Shown here one piece after another: positions 38,780-48,776 of a stretch of DNA of 64,000 nucleotides; the stretch's first letter is position 1; each line of letters opens with the position of its first letter. The stretch comes from Escherichia phage A4: the sequence record ON286972; one strand, 5' to 3'. A program made the position numbers and the translations under genes. The notes beneath the pieces are model-generated. The model searched no databases. It worked only from the letters and a program-made list of their open reading frames with translations, and was not told the origin of the DNA.

Positions 38780-39035
38780 AGCTGAACTAATAGTTCATAC
38801 ATATAAAATGATAGCCAGTACTGAGTTATCCTGTGGTGCAGATAATCCAGTACTGGACTATTTTATAGAATCTTTGAAAGAACATTATATTGGTAAATCA
38901 CTGATTCTTAATAATATTAATTTCACTGTAAAGGATGTAGCACCTGGAAAAAACGTACTAATAGTATGTGTTACTTCATCTGATAACCCAGTATACCCAA
39001 TAACAATAATTTTTGAGGTATTAGGTGATTTATGA
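38772..39035 (+). CDS. hypothetical small protein, YIGK-motif paralog family
   Basis: ..LKEHYIGKSLILNN; start adjusted to ATG 38772. Confidence 0.5.
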   Translation: MTKAELIVHTYKMIASTELSCGADNPVLDYFIESLKEHYIGKSLILNNINFTVKDVAPGKNVLIVCVTSSDNPVYPITIIFEVLGDL

Positions 39036-39322
39036 ATATCATTTTAATACAGAAAACATATGCTATATTGGTGAAAGATTATTCCATTACTTTCGATTCA
39101 CAAGAAAGTGCTCTACATAACCTATACAAAAACGTATCACAAGAATACAGAAATATGTTTTCTGACTTAGTAGTAGGAAGATATTTCAGTACTAGAAAAT
39201 ATCCAAAACTTCAAGTAGAAGATGTTTCTTTTTATTTCAATGGTCATATTACTATTCATAGTTTAGACCAAAATTCACCAACGTACTTAAACTTTTCATT
39301 CGATGAGGTAACCTTTTTATGA
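39032..39322 (+). CDS. hypothetical small protein, YIGK-like
   Basis: ..FSDLVVGRYFSTRKY. Confidence 0.45.
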   Translation: MNIILIQKTYAILVKDYSITFDSQESALHNLYKNVSQEYRNMFSDLVVGRYFSTRKYPKLQVEDVSFYFNGHITIHSLDQNSPTYLNFSFDEVTFL

Positions 39323-39501
39323 GAACATTATTTTTTATCTGGAGTCTTTTTTCTCTTGCAGTACTGACAGTATGTGGGATTTGTTTCTTATCGACAATGA
39401 ATGTCTGGTACATTAATTTACTATTCCCATTCGTAGGTGTAGGTTTAGGATTTACTTTACATAGTGTATGTAAGGATTTCAATGACAAATCAAACAAATG
39501 A
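39319..39501 (+). CDS. small membrane protein (two predicted TM helices)
   Basis: 60 aa with hydrophobic segments FFIWSLFSLAVLTVCGICFL and INLLFPFVGVGLGF. Confidence 0.45.
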   Translation: MRTLFFIWSLFSLAVLTVCGICFLSTMNVWYINLLFPFVGVGLGFTLHSVCKDFNDKSNK

Positions 39502-39766
39502 AGTACTTATTGCTGAAACAATGAAGATGATTTATAGTATTACTACAGCACAGAATATGCCCTATCCCATTAAGTCTTTATTGAGGACCGTGTATCTTGT
39601 GACTGTGCAGGAATACTATAAATCCAAGCACAAAAGCATTATTAGTGTTCATCGTGATTATGAAAGGATTCGTATTTTGTACTGGAACAAGAACCGAGTA
39701 CGTTCTGAATGTGACCTTGCGGACTTCAAATTAGAGAATCTTTATTGTTATAAAGCGGGACAGTAG
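39482..39766 (+). CDS. hypothetical small protein
   Basis: ATG 39482 with AGGA upstream; ~94 aa. Confidence 0.45.
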   Translation: MTNQTNEVLIAETMKMIYSITTAQNMPYPIKSLLRTVYLVTVQEYYKSKHKSIISVHRDYERIRILYWNKNRVRSECDLADFKLENLYCYKAGQ

Positions 39767-39824
39767 TATAAGTAGTGATATAATTGTTGGTATGGAATAA
39801 TAACTAACACAAGGAGCGTGTAGA

Positions 39825-40553
39825 GTGATTGACCGTATCAGATTTGCCAGCGAGTTAGCAAACCAATTAAACATTGCAAATTTCCAAATGCTAACATCCG
39901 TAATGGCAGAACATGCAACTGCATATTCAGTAAGTGGTGTCCAATGCGGACAAGAGAATTTACTAGCTGATGTATACAGTGAAGTGCAAGGTAAACAATA
40001 TTCAGTCAAAACATACAAGGATAAGTTTGTTAGTCTGTATATGAACGGCGATATTGAAGAAGAACGTAAGTTTACCGATTTTATTATTGAACGCCGTGTA
40101 TCAGGTGTGTCAAACCCGAATGCTGCAAGTGATGTAGTATTTGATGAAGTACTGAAAGATATATACGAAAATGAAGCAAAAAGTAAGAATCATTACAATG
40201 TACGTGAAACTAACACAGTGCTCTTGGGATATGATGAAGACGAATTTTTCTATTATTTCCGTATAACTGAAGTACCTTTTGATTATAAAAAACCACATAC
40301 CACATGTGCTCGTGAATTTACTGAAAAGAGTAAAAACTACAAAAAGCACGAAGGTAATCGTTGTAGCGTAAATGGTTATGATGAGAATGGTGTACACATT
40401 TATGAATGGGTGCACCCGAACTGTCAGACTTACACACGTTGCCTTAAAAAGAGATATAATTTAGAAGAACATGAGTCTTTCTACTTCAAAGTTAAGAAGC
40501 AAGATTATAACAGACCAGACGATTCTGAATTACTTGGTATGATTTACTTCTAA
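39825..40553 (+). CDS. hypothetical protein
   Basis: GTG start with AAGGAG RBS; 242 aa; no motif recognised. Confidence 0.5.
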   Translation: MIDRIRFASELANQLNIANFQMLTSVMAEHATAYSVSGVQCGQENLLADVYSEVQGKQYSVKTYKDKFVSLYMNGDIEEERKFTDFIIERRVSGVSNPNAASDVVFDEVLKDIYENEAKSKNHYNVRETNTVLLGYDEDEFFYYFRITEVPFDYKKPHTTCAREFTEKSKNYKKHEGNRCSVNGYDENGVHIYEWVHPNCQTYTRCLKKRYNLEEHESFYFKVKKQDYNRPDDSELLGMIYF

Positions 40554-40561
40554 GGTAAGTT

Positions 40562-40840
40562 ATGAATTTACAAAGAGATGTGTGGACATATGAATATCTT
40601 TTAGAACTTTATGGTGATATGTATATTAAAAATAAACCATACATAGACGATATAAGGGCTATGATAGATGATTTTTCTTCTGAGTTTATTCCACTTTATA
40701 CTAATAAAGAAGTTACACATAAATCAATGAATAAATCAGGTATCATTGATGAAATTGATTTTGATACACATGGTGTATATTTTTATATTATTTTCTCCAA
40801 TGATACTGTTGGTATATACACGTATAAAGAATTAAAATAA
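40562..40840 (+). CDS. hypothetical protein
   Basis: ORF-track ORF followed by terminator. Confidence 0.5.
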   Translation: MNLQRDVWTYEYLLELYGDMYIKNKPYIDDIRAMIDDFSSEFIPLYTNKEVTHKSMNKSGIIDEIDFDTHGVYFYIIFSNDTVGIYTYKELK

Positions 40841-40844
40841 GTAC

Positions 40845-40872
40845 AGGCCAGCATGGATTGCTGGTCTTTTTT
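40845..40872 (+). terminator. rho-independent terminator
   Basis: Stem GGCCAGCA-tggat-TGCTGGTC followed by T6. Confidence 0.65.
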
Positions 40873-40883
40873 GTAGGTACATT

Positions 40884-41183
40884 ATGGACAAAATACAATT
40901 AGTTAGTAGTACGATAACAATGCTCGCAGATGCTGCCAGATGGAGCAGTGGTGGTTCCGTTAGTACTATGCTCAGTATACTCACGCAATACACCTATACC
41001 TGCAATGCAATGTTATATGGCAAGGAAGTTGAAATTGATGATCCCTATGGAATTCCCATATCATATGACCGAGGTGTAATAAAAAGGGTTACTATGAGAC
41101 TAACATATCATCCATATTTTGTAGTAGAACTTCCTGATGGAAAATTAAGAGAATATGTTGCTAAAAGGTTAAAACTAAAATGA
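40884..41183 (+). CDS. hypothetical protein
   Basis: ORF-track ORF. Confidence 0.45.
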   Translation: MDKIQLVSSTITMLADAARWSSGGSVSTMLSILTQYTYTCNAMLYGKEVEIDDPYGIPISYDRGVIKRVTMRLTYHPYFVVELPDGKLREYVAKRLKLK

Positions 41184-41758
41184 ATATTGTAGAATTAAGT
41201 ACTAAGCTGATTACTATGCGTAACGAGTGGTACAATTGGTATTATAACGGTACTGACATGGATTTTTCAAAATATCCATTTATGGAATCAGGATGTGATT
41301 CAAGATACCGCTGGTTGAGTAAAGATGATTCTGGTTTACATATTCGAGTTGATGATAGTGGTCAGGGAATTATAAAAGATTTACTTCAAGTTGAAGAACT
41401 CGTCCATGATGAGTGGTGTGATAATGATCCATACCTAGGAAATATAATTTATGTAACTGAAGATGATTGTATATTCGTCATTCAGCGTCATGGTGATTCT
41501 ATGTTTTATATAGCAGACAGCAGTACACCTGAAGGTGCAGCATCAGATGGTCTTATTCCTAAGATTAATATATTAGATTTTGGCTTACCTGAGCACTTCC
41601 AGATGAGTACTCTATTCGATATTCCACCGTTTGAGTTCTTTGAAGAATTTAAATTGTACTACAGTGATCTTCAGAAATTGAGTACCGAGAGTCGTATTGA
41701 AATAACTGTCAGGTACATGGACGGGGCAAAATTAACCGACACGGGGATAGAATTTTGA
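41180..41758 (+). CDS. hypothetical protein, FQxS-motif paralog family (outlying member)
   Basis: Motif EHFQMSTLFDIPPFEF. Confidence 0.55.
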   Translation: MNIVELSTKLITMRNEWYNWYYNGTDMDFSKYPFMESGCDSRYRWLSKDDSGLHIRVDDSGQGIIKDLLQVEELVHDEWCDNDPYLGNIIYVTEDDCIFVIQRHGDSMFYIADSSTPEGAASDGLIPKINILDFGLPEHFQMSTLFDIPPFEFFEEFKLYYSDLQKLSTESRIEITVRYMDGAKLTDTGIEF

Positions 41759-42444
41759 TTAAAGATTTAGATAGAATTTTATATGTACTAAGGGGTGTAA
41801 TTACTTTACAACCACAGATTAACCGCATGGAGAGAGCCTTTGAATTAAAATCAAGAGAAACTCCATATTCACATATATCAAATGTAGTTGGATCATTCTG
41901 CTCTGAAGACTCTCCTTACGATATTTGTGTATGTGAAGTACAGCCCAGTAATGATCTTGGTTTTGCAATCTTCGATAAAAATCAAGTACTGGTCAGTATG
42001 TTTCAGTGTAATAATCCTTTCTGGAAAACATGCCTGTACCCTGATTGGGCTATGCTTGACCCTACGAATAGTAAGATTAAAGTATATGACTCTAAGAATG
42101 AAGAAGTTGTTATTGATTTAGATGAATCAATGACAGAGGAAGAACACTTCCAGCTTATGATGATGCGTGCAATGCCAGACTATGAAGCAATGATTAACAC
42201 CGTACAATACATTAAGGATACGATGAGATCATTGCGTACACATGAGTTTTGTCATCCAGTATCGTATGAACATTTGGATTTAGATTTCAGTACTATCAAG
42301 TTTAAAGATAGTGTTATTGAATATATCCAAGAGAACACTAAATTTGATTTTATTAGTACTATGATTAATAATCCTGATACAAATTTCAGGCATCAGTACA
42401 ATGAATCTTTGTCTGGTGGTCGAGATACCAGTTGGTGGAAATAA
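41755..42444 (+). CDS. hypothetical protein, FQxS-like (divergent)
   Basis: Motif EEHFQLMMMRAMPDYE; TTG start. Confidence 0.45.
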   Translation: MIKDLDRILYVLRGVITLQPQINRMERAFELKSRETPYSHISNVVGSFCSEDSPYDICVCEVQPSNDLGFAIFDKNQVLVSMFQCNNPFWKTCLYPDWAMLDPTNSKIKVYDSKNEEVVIDLDESMTEEEHFQLMMMRAMPDYEAMINTVQYIKDTMRSLRTHEFCHPVSYEHLDLDFSTIKFKDSVIEYIQENTKFDFISTMINNPDTNFRHQYNESLSGGRDTSWWK

Positions 42445-42445
42445 T

Positions 42446-42709
42446 ATGAATATCCAAGATAGATTGCAATTGTTGCACACACTTGAAGAAGCTGCTTTTG
42501 AACTTGTTAATAAAATTGCACAAGAACTCCCAAAAGGAACCAACGTTCGTGTTCGTGAAATGGATTATTTAACGGGAGAAATTGAAGAAAAAGTTCTAAC
42601 AGTGATCAAAGTAACATACTATGAATCAGAGTTATCAATTCAATGTAAGTCAGATAATGGTTACGTTTCCTACTATGGCACAGATGTAGATATAGAGGTA
42701 ATTAGATGA
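42446..42709 (+). CDS. hypothetical protein
   Basis: ATG 42446 just after upstream stop; 87 aa. Confidence 0.45.
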   Translation: MNIQDRLQLLHTLEEAAFELVNKIAQELPKGTNVRVREMDYLTGEIEEKVLTVIKVTYYESELSIQCKSDNGYVSYYGTDVDIEVIR

Positions 42710-43851
42710 GTAATTTACGAGAAATATACAATGATTTAATGGAACTATGTGAATCTAATGATGCATTTTTCTATATAGATCACACAAGCCCTGGTGGTGG
42801 TTTATACCGTGTATTCACCTATCGTCTGGCATCTTATACCGATTTCACAAATAAAAATGCACTAGAAACTCGTGGTTCTATGTGGGAAATCGATTCCAAC
42901 GGAATTATGATTCGTTGTGCAGCACGTACAATGAAAAAGTTCTTCAATGCATATGAAAACCCGTACACAATGTTCAGTACTGATACGACATGTGATGATA
43001 TTGCAGTTGTAATGCCTAAACTTGATGGTTCTATCATCAGCACATTCCGTGATAACGATGGTGAAATCCGTTGCAAATCACACACTTCGTTATCTTCTGA
43101 CCATGCTATTAACAGTACTCGACTTTTGAACGAGAACCAAAATCTCTATCAATACATTGATGAAGCAGACCGTTTGGGCTATACTGTGAATCTGGAATAC
43201 ACAAGCCCAGAGTATCGAATTGTGTTACCATATCAGGTGGAACAGTTATTTGTTCTTAACGTTCGTCATCGTATTAGTGGTGAGTTGTTATGCGGTAAAG
43301 CACTACGTGATAAGTTTCCATGCCTTTCACAGTACAGTACTAATATGACAGGTAATGACATTCATCATACATTCCCGATTATGCCTACATTTAAAGAGTC
43401 AATCGATAAAGTACGTTCTATGATTGACATTGAAGGTTTTGTGTGTATAATGAAAGATGGTACAATGTGCAAAATCAAAACTGACTGGTATTGCTCTTTG
43501 CATTTAACAAAAGATTCCATTCTTATTGATTCCCATTTATATGAAGCTGTACTGACTGGTGCAAGTGATGACTTAAAACAATTGTTCAGTACTGATACAT
43601 ATGCAATGGATAAGATATTAAGAATGGAACAATTGGTATTTTCGTGCTATAATGCTTTACAAGATGAGGTAGAAAGCTTCGTCCATGCATACAAGCACTT
43701 AGAGCGAAAGGAATTCGCTCAAAAGGTTCAGCAAGATTTACCTAATGTATTGAACCGACAAGGCTTGGCCTTTGCGTTGTACAATGGCAAAAGTGTCGAT
43801 TATAAAGAGACTTTACTAAAGTACTACAAAGATGTACTAAAGGATTTTTAG
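42706..43851 (+). CDS. rnlA: RNA ligase 1
   Basis: Collinear with T4 Rnl1 as recalled: N-terminal NDLMELCE, nucleotidyltransferase KxDG motif (KLDGS), EGFVCIMKDG..KIKTDWY, GASDDLK. Confidence 0.9.
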   Translation: MSNLREIYNDLMELCESNDAFFYIDHTSPGGGLYRVFTYRLASYTDFTNKNALETRGSMWEIDSNGIMIRCAARTMKKFFNAYENPYTMFSTDTTCDDIAVVMPKLDGSIISTFRDNDGEIRCKSHTSLSSDHAINSTRLLNENQNLYQYIDEADRLGYTVNLEYTSPEYRIVLPYQVEQLFVLNVRHRISGELLCGKALRDKFPCLSQYSTNMTGNDIHHTFPIMPTFKESIDKVRSMIDIEGFVCIMKDGTMCKIKTDWYCSLHLTKDSILIDSHLYEAVLTGASDDLKQLFSTDTYAMDKILRMEQLVFSCYNALQDEVESFVHAYKHLERKEFAQKVQQDLPNVLNRQGLAFALYNGKSVDYKETLLKYYKDVLKDF

Positions 43852-43880
43852 TACTAACTAGCCCAGCACAAGGAGAAGTG

Positions 43881-44135
43881 ATGGCTAAACCTAAGTATAA
43901 AAATGATGGTTCCCTTTCTCCTACTGAGTTCAGGAAAATACAACAAGAAATCGATGATTTACAGCACAAACGCTCAATGAAAGGTGTGAAGATTAGTAAG
44001 AAGCGAATCGAGAATACTTTTGGGTGTAGTAGTACTGAATATAAGAAGAAAAGGAAACCAAAGGATGTTAAGCCGAGAATACATGATGTAACTCGCTATA
44101 CATCGAAACGTGAAAATAAATTCGATCCACTATAA
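43881..44135 (+). CDS. hypothetical basic protein
   Basis: AGGAG RBS then ATG 43881; Lys/Arg-rich 84 aa. Confidence 0.5.
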   Translation: MAKPKYKNDGSLSPTEFRKIQQEIDDLQHKRSMKGVKISKKRIENTFGCSSTEYKKKRKPKDVKPRIHDVTRYTSKRENKFDPL

Positions 44136-44144
44136 GGAGTTCAT

Positions 44145-44381
44145 ATGAAAGTTGAAGTTCAGCATAGTATTGTTCAGGATATGTCAGTGGTTAAGTTTCT
44201 TTCTCTGAAAGATTACTTCAGATGTATCAAGTTCCTTGAAGAATCTCAATTACAGTGGACCCCCTTAAAGTACAGTTCATCCAATGACACTGCTAGTATT
44301 CGTTGTGATGAAGCTGTACTTGTAAAAATCTCCAAGCGATTTGGAGTTGGGAAATACAATGAAAAACAATCATTCAAGTGA
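44145..44381 (+). CDS. hypothetical protein
   Basis: ORF-track ORF with GGAG upstream. Confidence 0.45.
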   Translation: MKVEVQHSIVQDMSVVKFLSLKDYFRCIKFLEESQLQWTPLKYSSSNDTASIRCDEAVLVKISKRFGVGKYNEKQSFK

Positions 44382-44613
44382 TTTGTTATATTATAAAGTA
44401 CTATCAGAATGTTTGACGGATATATTGTACCGTGAGAGTAATACTCTACGTGCAAAATATATTAACAAAAGAGTACGTTATAAATCATCTTATGATGGGA
44501 TGAATGTTTATGGTAAAATCACTAATGTATATGTAGATGATGATTTTACATTGAATATCATTGTCGATAATTGTATTGATATCTCAATTGATGATATTAT
44601 TGAGGTAATCTAA
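44359..44613 (+). CDS. hypothetical small protein, YIGK-like
   Basis: ..RAKYINKRVRYKSS; start adjusted. Confidence 0.45.
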   Translation: MKNNHSSDLLYYKVLSECLTDILYRESNTLRAKYINKRVRYKSSYDGMNVYGKITNVYVDDDFTLNIIVDNCIDISIDDIIEVI

Positions 44614-44924
44614 TGAATAAAGCATTAAAAGAACTTAATAATTTAATGAATGCAGAAATTGAATTAACTAATACTATTTCTGAAATTGTTCATGATATGA
44701 TTACACAATACAAGAAATCACTCATTGGTAAGAAAGTTGAATGCTGGGATTACAACACTAAAACATGGTTCGAAACTATCATTAGTGATGTTAATGTTAA
44801 ATTTCATGTAGTTACTCATCACATTTCTGACGAGTGCTATGTAGAAGTAACTATAGGACACAACACGAGACATGAACGTTTTTCGTGGTACAATCTAAAG
44901 AATGTGAAATTTATTGAGGATTAA
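44613..44924 (+). CDS. hypothetical small protein, YIGK-motif paralog family
   Basis: ..YKKSLIGKKVECWDY. Confidence 0.5.
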   Translation: MNKALKELNNLMNAEIELTNTISEIVHDMITQYKKSLIGKKVECWDYNTKTWFETIISDVNVKFHVVTHHISDECYVEVTIGHNTRHERFSWYNLKNVKFIED

Positions 44925-45857
44925 ATGCCAACTATTACACTAACAGTTGGATTGCCAGGATGTGGTAAAACCACGTGGGCAGTGCAAGAAATTAAAAAAG
45001 CAAAGTCCAAGACTATCAACATCAATCGTGATGATATTCGAGAGTCTATGGCTGGGTCACATGATGCTTATAAATTCACTGATGCGAACGAGAAGTACGT
45101 AACTAATCAACAGTTCAGTGCAGCAAACGCAGCAGCAGCGAATGGATGGAACATTATTGTGTCCGATACGAACCTGAAACAAGGTTTTCGTGATGAATGG
45201 AAACGTTGGGCTAAAGATAATGGCTACGACTACAAAGAAAAGAACTTCTACGAAGATTTTGTACCGAATGAAGACCGTGGTGCAGATGTTCATGAATTCT
45301 TTAAGATTAAGGAATTCGTGAAGCTCTGTAAGAAACGCAACCTTCTTCGTGTGCGTTCAGTACAAGATGAAATCATTGACACTATGGCAGATACGTACTA
45401 TTATAGTAAGGCGATGCACATTGGTTACTATGGTAATGCACGTGAAGCTGCTATCATTGTTGATATCGACGGTACTCTTGCTCATAAGTGGGGACGTAAC
45501 CCGTTTGATGAAAGTACTGTCCTTCAGGATACACCAGATGAAGAAGTAATTCTGTCTGTCATTGCTGAGGCTGTTTTCCATAAGCGTAAGGTAATCGTCA
45601 TGAGTGGGCGTACTGAAGGGTGTCGTGCTGATACTGAACAGTGGCTTAAGAATTGGGGCATTCCCTACGATGTATTGTTAATGCGAGCTATCGATGATAA
45701 ACGTCCTGATGATGTTGTCAAATTCGAGTTGTATATGAATAACGTTGTTAATCATTACGATGTTAAGAAAGTATTTGATGACAGGGCCGCCGTTGTATTC
45801 ATGTGGCGTAAGCTACTAGGCTTGAAAGTATTTCAGGTGGAACCTGGACTATTTTGA
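44925..45857 (+). CDS. pseT: polynucleotide 5'-kinase/3'-phosphatase
   Basis: Walker A GLPGCGKTTWA, INRDD kinase motif, phosphatase DxDGT motif (VDIDGTLA), C-terminal KVFQVEPGLF collinear with T4 Pnk as recalled. Confidence 0.9.
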   Translation: MPTITLTVGLPGCGKTTWAVQEIKKAKSKTININRDDIRESMAGSHDAYKFTDANEKYVTNQQFSAANAAAANGWNIIVSDTNLKQGFRDEWKRWAKDNGYDYKEKNFYEDFVPNEDRGADVHEFFKIKEFVKLCKKRNLLRVRSVQDEIIDTMADTYYYSKAMHIGYYGNAREAAIIVDIDGTLAHKWGRNPFDESTVLQDTPDEEVILSVIAEAVFHKRKVIVMSGRTEGCRADTEQWLKNWGIPYDVLLMRAIDDKRPDDVVKFELYMNNVVNHYDVKKVFDDRAAVVFMWRKLLGLKVFQVEPGLF

Positions 45858-45865
45858 TTATTACA

Positions 45866-45895
45866 AAGGGATCAGTACTGATCCCTTTTCTTTTA
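45866..45895 (+). terminator. rho-independent terminator
   Basis: Palindrome AAAGGGATCAGT/ACTGATCCCTTT followed by a T-run. Confidence 0.6.
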
Positions 45896-45909
45896 ATTTA
45901 GGTGATATA

Positions 45910-46170
45910 ATGGATAATAGTTATGATGTACATTTCAAACAATGCCAGTTGGTTTTACACTCCCTAATGGAAGAGTTGCGAATCAAGTACATAGGCAAAA
46001 TTGCTACATGTTTATCAACTGGAAGACGTGGGCAAATTGTAGAGATTTATTATTCTCCACTTAGTGATGAAATTAAAATAAAAGCTAAAATATTCCTAAC
46101 TGGATCTAACAATTTCTTGGGTGAACATATGGTAAAAATTATCTCTGAATTATCGATAACGGATGAATAA
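45910..46170 (+). CDS. hypothetical small protein, YIGK-motif paralog family
   Basis: ..LRIKYIGKIATCLSTGRRGQIVEIYY. Confidence 0.5.
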   Translation: MDNSYDVHFKQCQLVLHSLMEELRIKYIGKIATCLSTGRRGQIVEIYYSPLSDEIKIKAKIFLTGSNNFLGEHMVKIISELSITDE

Positions 46171-46172
46171 AC

Positions 46173-46439
46173 ATGAATATTAATATAGATTTCCAATTTG
46201 TTAATTCACATATTCAAGTACTGAAAAATTTAGTAAAGCAACTATCAGAAAAATATAAAGATACATATGTTAAATGTGTTTATGATACAAGTGACTGGGA
46301 ACGCATTATTAAAATTGATTCAGTATATCTTGATACTAACAATAATATAGTTGTATCTGGCGTTGATATGTATGGGCATAGATACCAATTCACAACGCGA
46401 GCAACAATAACTACAGTGGATGGATATGAATACGAATGA
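46173..46439 (+). CDS. hypothetical small protein, YIGK-like
   Basis: ..LSEKYKDTYVKCVYD. Confidence 0.45.
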   Translation: MNINIDFQFVNSHIQVLKNLVKQLSEKYKDTYVKCVYDTSDWERIIKIDSVYLDTNNNIVVSGVDMYGHRYQFTTRATITTVDGYEYE

Positions 46440-46725
46440 ATTCCAAGCATTATTGAAAACATTATATCTTCTTAAAGAAGAATCTCTTGCAATGTATAAT
46501 GAAAAACAATACAAGTTTGAAGAACAACTCATTCATTTTCATGATGAATATCTTGCCTTTTTGAATAAAAAATACTCAAATGTTCAGTGCAAATATCGAG
46601 GTAGTGATGTTATTATTACCGAAATAGAATCAAGTACTTACGGATATCCATACCTTTGTTGCAAATATATCCCAAGTGATATAACATTTCGCTCAAGAAT
46701 ATATTCGAGGTTTATTTTTTCATGA
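46426..46725 (+). CDS. hypothetical small protein, YIGK-like
   Basis: ..FLNKKYSNVQCKYRGSDVIITEIE; start adjusted. Confidence 0.45.
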   Translation: MNTNEFQALLKTLYLLKEESLAMYNEKQYKFEEQLIHFHDEYLAFLNKKYSNVQCKYRGSDVIITEIESSTYGYPYLCCKYIPSDITFRSRIYSRFIFS

Positions 46726-47003
46726 ATAATGATTCATTGAAGTTTTTTTATTATCATTATCGTATTTTACGCAGTTTATATTTTTCAGAATCCGATGAAA
46801 GATTACTAACATCATTATCAGTACTGATGGATAATTACGAGAACGAATTGTCTAAATTGGTTTTTGGTGTCAATGTTCTAGATGATACCGATTTAACATG
46901 GACAATTATTGAAGTGGCGACCTGGAATGGTAATATTTTGTACAGGTGCGAACGAGCAGGTTTTTTATGGGATGCCACATATGACGAAATTAGAATTGTA
47001 TGA
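46722..47003 (+). CDS. hypothetical small protein, YIGK-like
   Basis: ..LSKLVFGVNVLDD. Confidence 0.45.
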   Translation: MNNDSLKFFYYHYRILRSLYFSESDERLLTSLSVLMDNYENELSKLVFGVNVLDDTDLTWTIIEVATWNGNILYRCERAGFLWDATYDEIRIV

Positions 47004-47280
47004 CAGGCAAGTGAAATTGATAAGAGATACTCGTCGTTTCTTTCATACTCAATTAGTAGATCCATGTTATGATATTTCCGATTTCCTTGAAACCTATCTC
47101 CTTGATCTAACTACACCACTGCTTAAAAAATACGTAGGCACAAAAGCTATATATCTTGGAAGAGAAGTTGAAATTACCAACATATCATATTCTTATGGGG
47201 CATACATGTATACGGCAAAATCTGATAATGGACAAAGATATTATGCAATACGATCAAGAGAACTTACGATTATTGGATAG
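46981..47280 (+). CDS. hypothetical small protein, YIGK-like
   Basis: ..LLKKYVGTKAIYLGREVEITN; start adjusted. Confidence 0.45.
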   Translation: MTKLELYDRQVKLIRDTRRFFHTQLVDPCYDISDFLETYLLDLTTPLLKKYVGTKAIYLGREVEITNISYSYGAYMYTAKSDNGQRYYAIRSRELTIIG

Positions 47281-47572
47281 GCATCTTGCTATTCTTATCG
47301 ACCTTGTGATGGAAAGTGATGTAAAAATTTTTGAAAGTAGATTTCTTGAGGATTATAAAACTGAATTGCAAGAACTGTACAAAGGTAAAAAAGTATTACT
47401 TAGTACTGGTGACTATGGTAAAATTGAGTACGTGTATTATGAATGGAAAAAGGTTATATATTTTATAAAAACCAAAATAAAATACCAAAATAAAACAAGA
47501 ACCTATAAAGCATATTACGATTCAAATGAGATAGAGATTATATATGACCAACACGTTAATAACAAAAAGTGA
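47243..47572 (+). CDS. hypothetical small protein, YIGK-like
   Basis: ..LQELYKGKKVLLSTGDYGKIEY; start adjusted. Confidence 0.45.
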   Translation: MQYDQENLRLLDRHLAILIDLVMESDVKIFESRFLEDYKTELQELYKGKKVLLSTGDYGKIEYVYYEWKKVIYFIKTKIKYQNKTRTYKAYYDSNEIEIIYDQHVNNKK

Positions 47573-47867
47573 ATTAGATTATTTGAATTATATAAACAGA
47601 TACTTTCTGATTCTATATAATATACTTCTTGAAGAACAATGCACTAAATCAAACCATCAGTTATATAACTATATTAACTGTATAATTAGTGAAATATATG
47701 AATCATTGGAAAAGAGATTTAAGTACAGAACTATTAAGTGCGAAGATGATATTGTATATATTCATGGTGTTTTTGGTACAGGATATGGAATATTCGTTGA
47801 TTATAAAATACACCCATTTGATCCGTACATAGAAAATAGTATGTACATAGAAGAGATTGAACTATGA
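47544..47867 (+). CDS. hypothetical small protein, YIGK-like
   Basis: ..LEKRFKYRTIKCEDD. Confidence 0.45.
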   Translation: MTNTLITKSELDYLNYINRYFLILYNILLEEQCTKSNHQLYNYINCIISEIYESLEKRFKYRTIKCEDDIVYIHGVFGTGYGIFVDYKIHPFDPYIENSMYIEEIEL

Positions 47868-48181
47868 CACAAGAAGAATATAATAAATTAATAATGTACG
47901 AGAATCATTTTAATTATTGTCTGAAATGGTTATTGTACATTGATAACGTTGAGATGGATATGTACAGAAAAGAGGTGAATAAACGTGTTAAAGATTTCTA
48001 TTACGAATTGACTGATCTTTTTTATAATAATGTAGTATATGAAGCAAATACCAGTCGTGATTATGACCTTTATATCAAGCAAATATGGGGTACTGACTAC
48101 GGTCTGATGATTGATTGCAGTACTGGTCCTAATATAGACAGACCCAGTACTACATTGTATCTGGATGAGATTTTCATATGA
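47864..48181 (+). CDS. hypothetical small protein (array member)
   Basis: ORF in array, ATGA overlap. Confidence 0.45.
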   Translation: MTQEEYNKLIMYENHFNYCLKWLLYIDNVEMDMYRKEVNKRVKDFYYELTDLFYNNVVYEANTSRDYDLYIKQIWGTDYGLMIDCSTGPNIDRPSTTLYLDEIFI

Positions 48182-48480
48182 ATGAACTATTACTTTGTCA
48201 TAAAACATACATTATGCTATTCAGAACGTGCCATGATATGCGAATTGAAGGTATACTAGACTACCCAACTATGATGATTAACTTCAGGGTGTTAATGGAT
48301 TCATATTCACAATCTGTCATTGATGCATTTGAAGGTAGAGAAATAAAGTTCAAAAATGCCAGGACAAATAATGAGCTATGTGATACAATTAAATCAGTGG
48401 GGATTTCGGTTCCAAATGTGTACGTAATCCCATTGATGTACGGAAGAGTAGTATCCACTAACGAAATTATTAGTATATGA
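48178..48480 (+). CDS. hypothetical small protein (array member)
   Basis: ORF in array. Confidence 0.45.
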   Translation: MNELLLCHKTYIMLFRTCHDMRIEGILDYPTMMINFRVLMDSYSQSVIDAFEGREIKFKNARTNNELCDTIKSVGISVPNVYVIPLMYGRVVSTNEIISI

Positions 48481-48776
48481 TTAAAATATTATATGAAGCA
48501 GAAGAAACATATAAACTTCTGTGGGAAACTTTTATTTTTGACAAATACTATAATAGAACTGAATGGTTAGAGGTAAGTAAAATATATCTTCAAATTTTAA
48601 ATGATTATTTTTGTCCGTTCGTTGCTGAATGTAAAAATAATCCAATTGAAGAAATTAATATAATCGAAATAGTAGATGGGTTTGGTGCGTGGTTGATATA
48701 CCAAGACAACTATCACTTTTCTAATTATATCGAAGATATCGGTAAAATAATTGTAATTAAAGGAGTCATACTATGA
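48477..48776 (+). CDS. hypothetical small protein (array member)
   Basis: ORF in array. Confidence 0.45.
   Translation: MIKILYEAEETYKLLWETFIFDKYYNRTEWLEVSKIYLQILNDYFCPFVAECKNNPIEEINIIEIVDGFGAWLIYQDNYHFSNYIEDIGKIIVIKGVIL

Noticed and set aside
42706-43851. Genome-wide reassignment of TAG as a sense codon, considered as an explanation for the in-frame amber at 62823
   Set aside because: rnlA appears to terminate at a TAG at the position expected from its T4 homolog, so TAG functions as a stop here; the amber at 62823 is treated as a local event.
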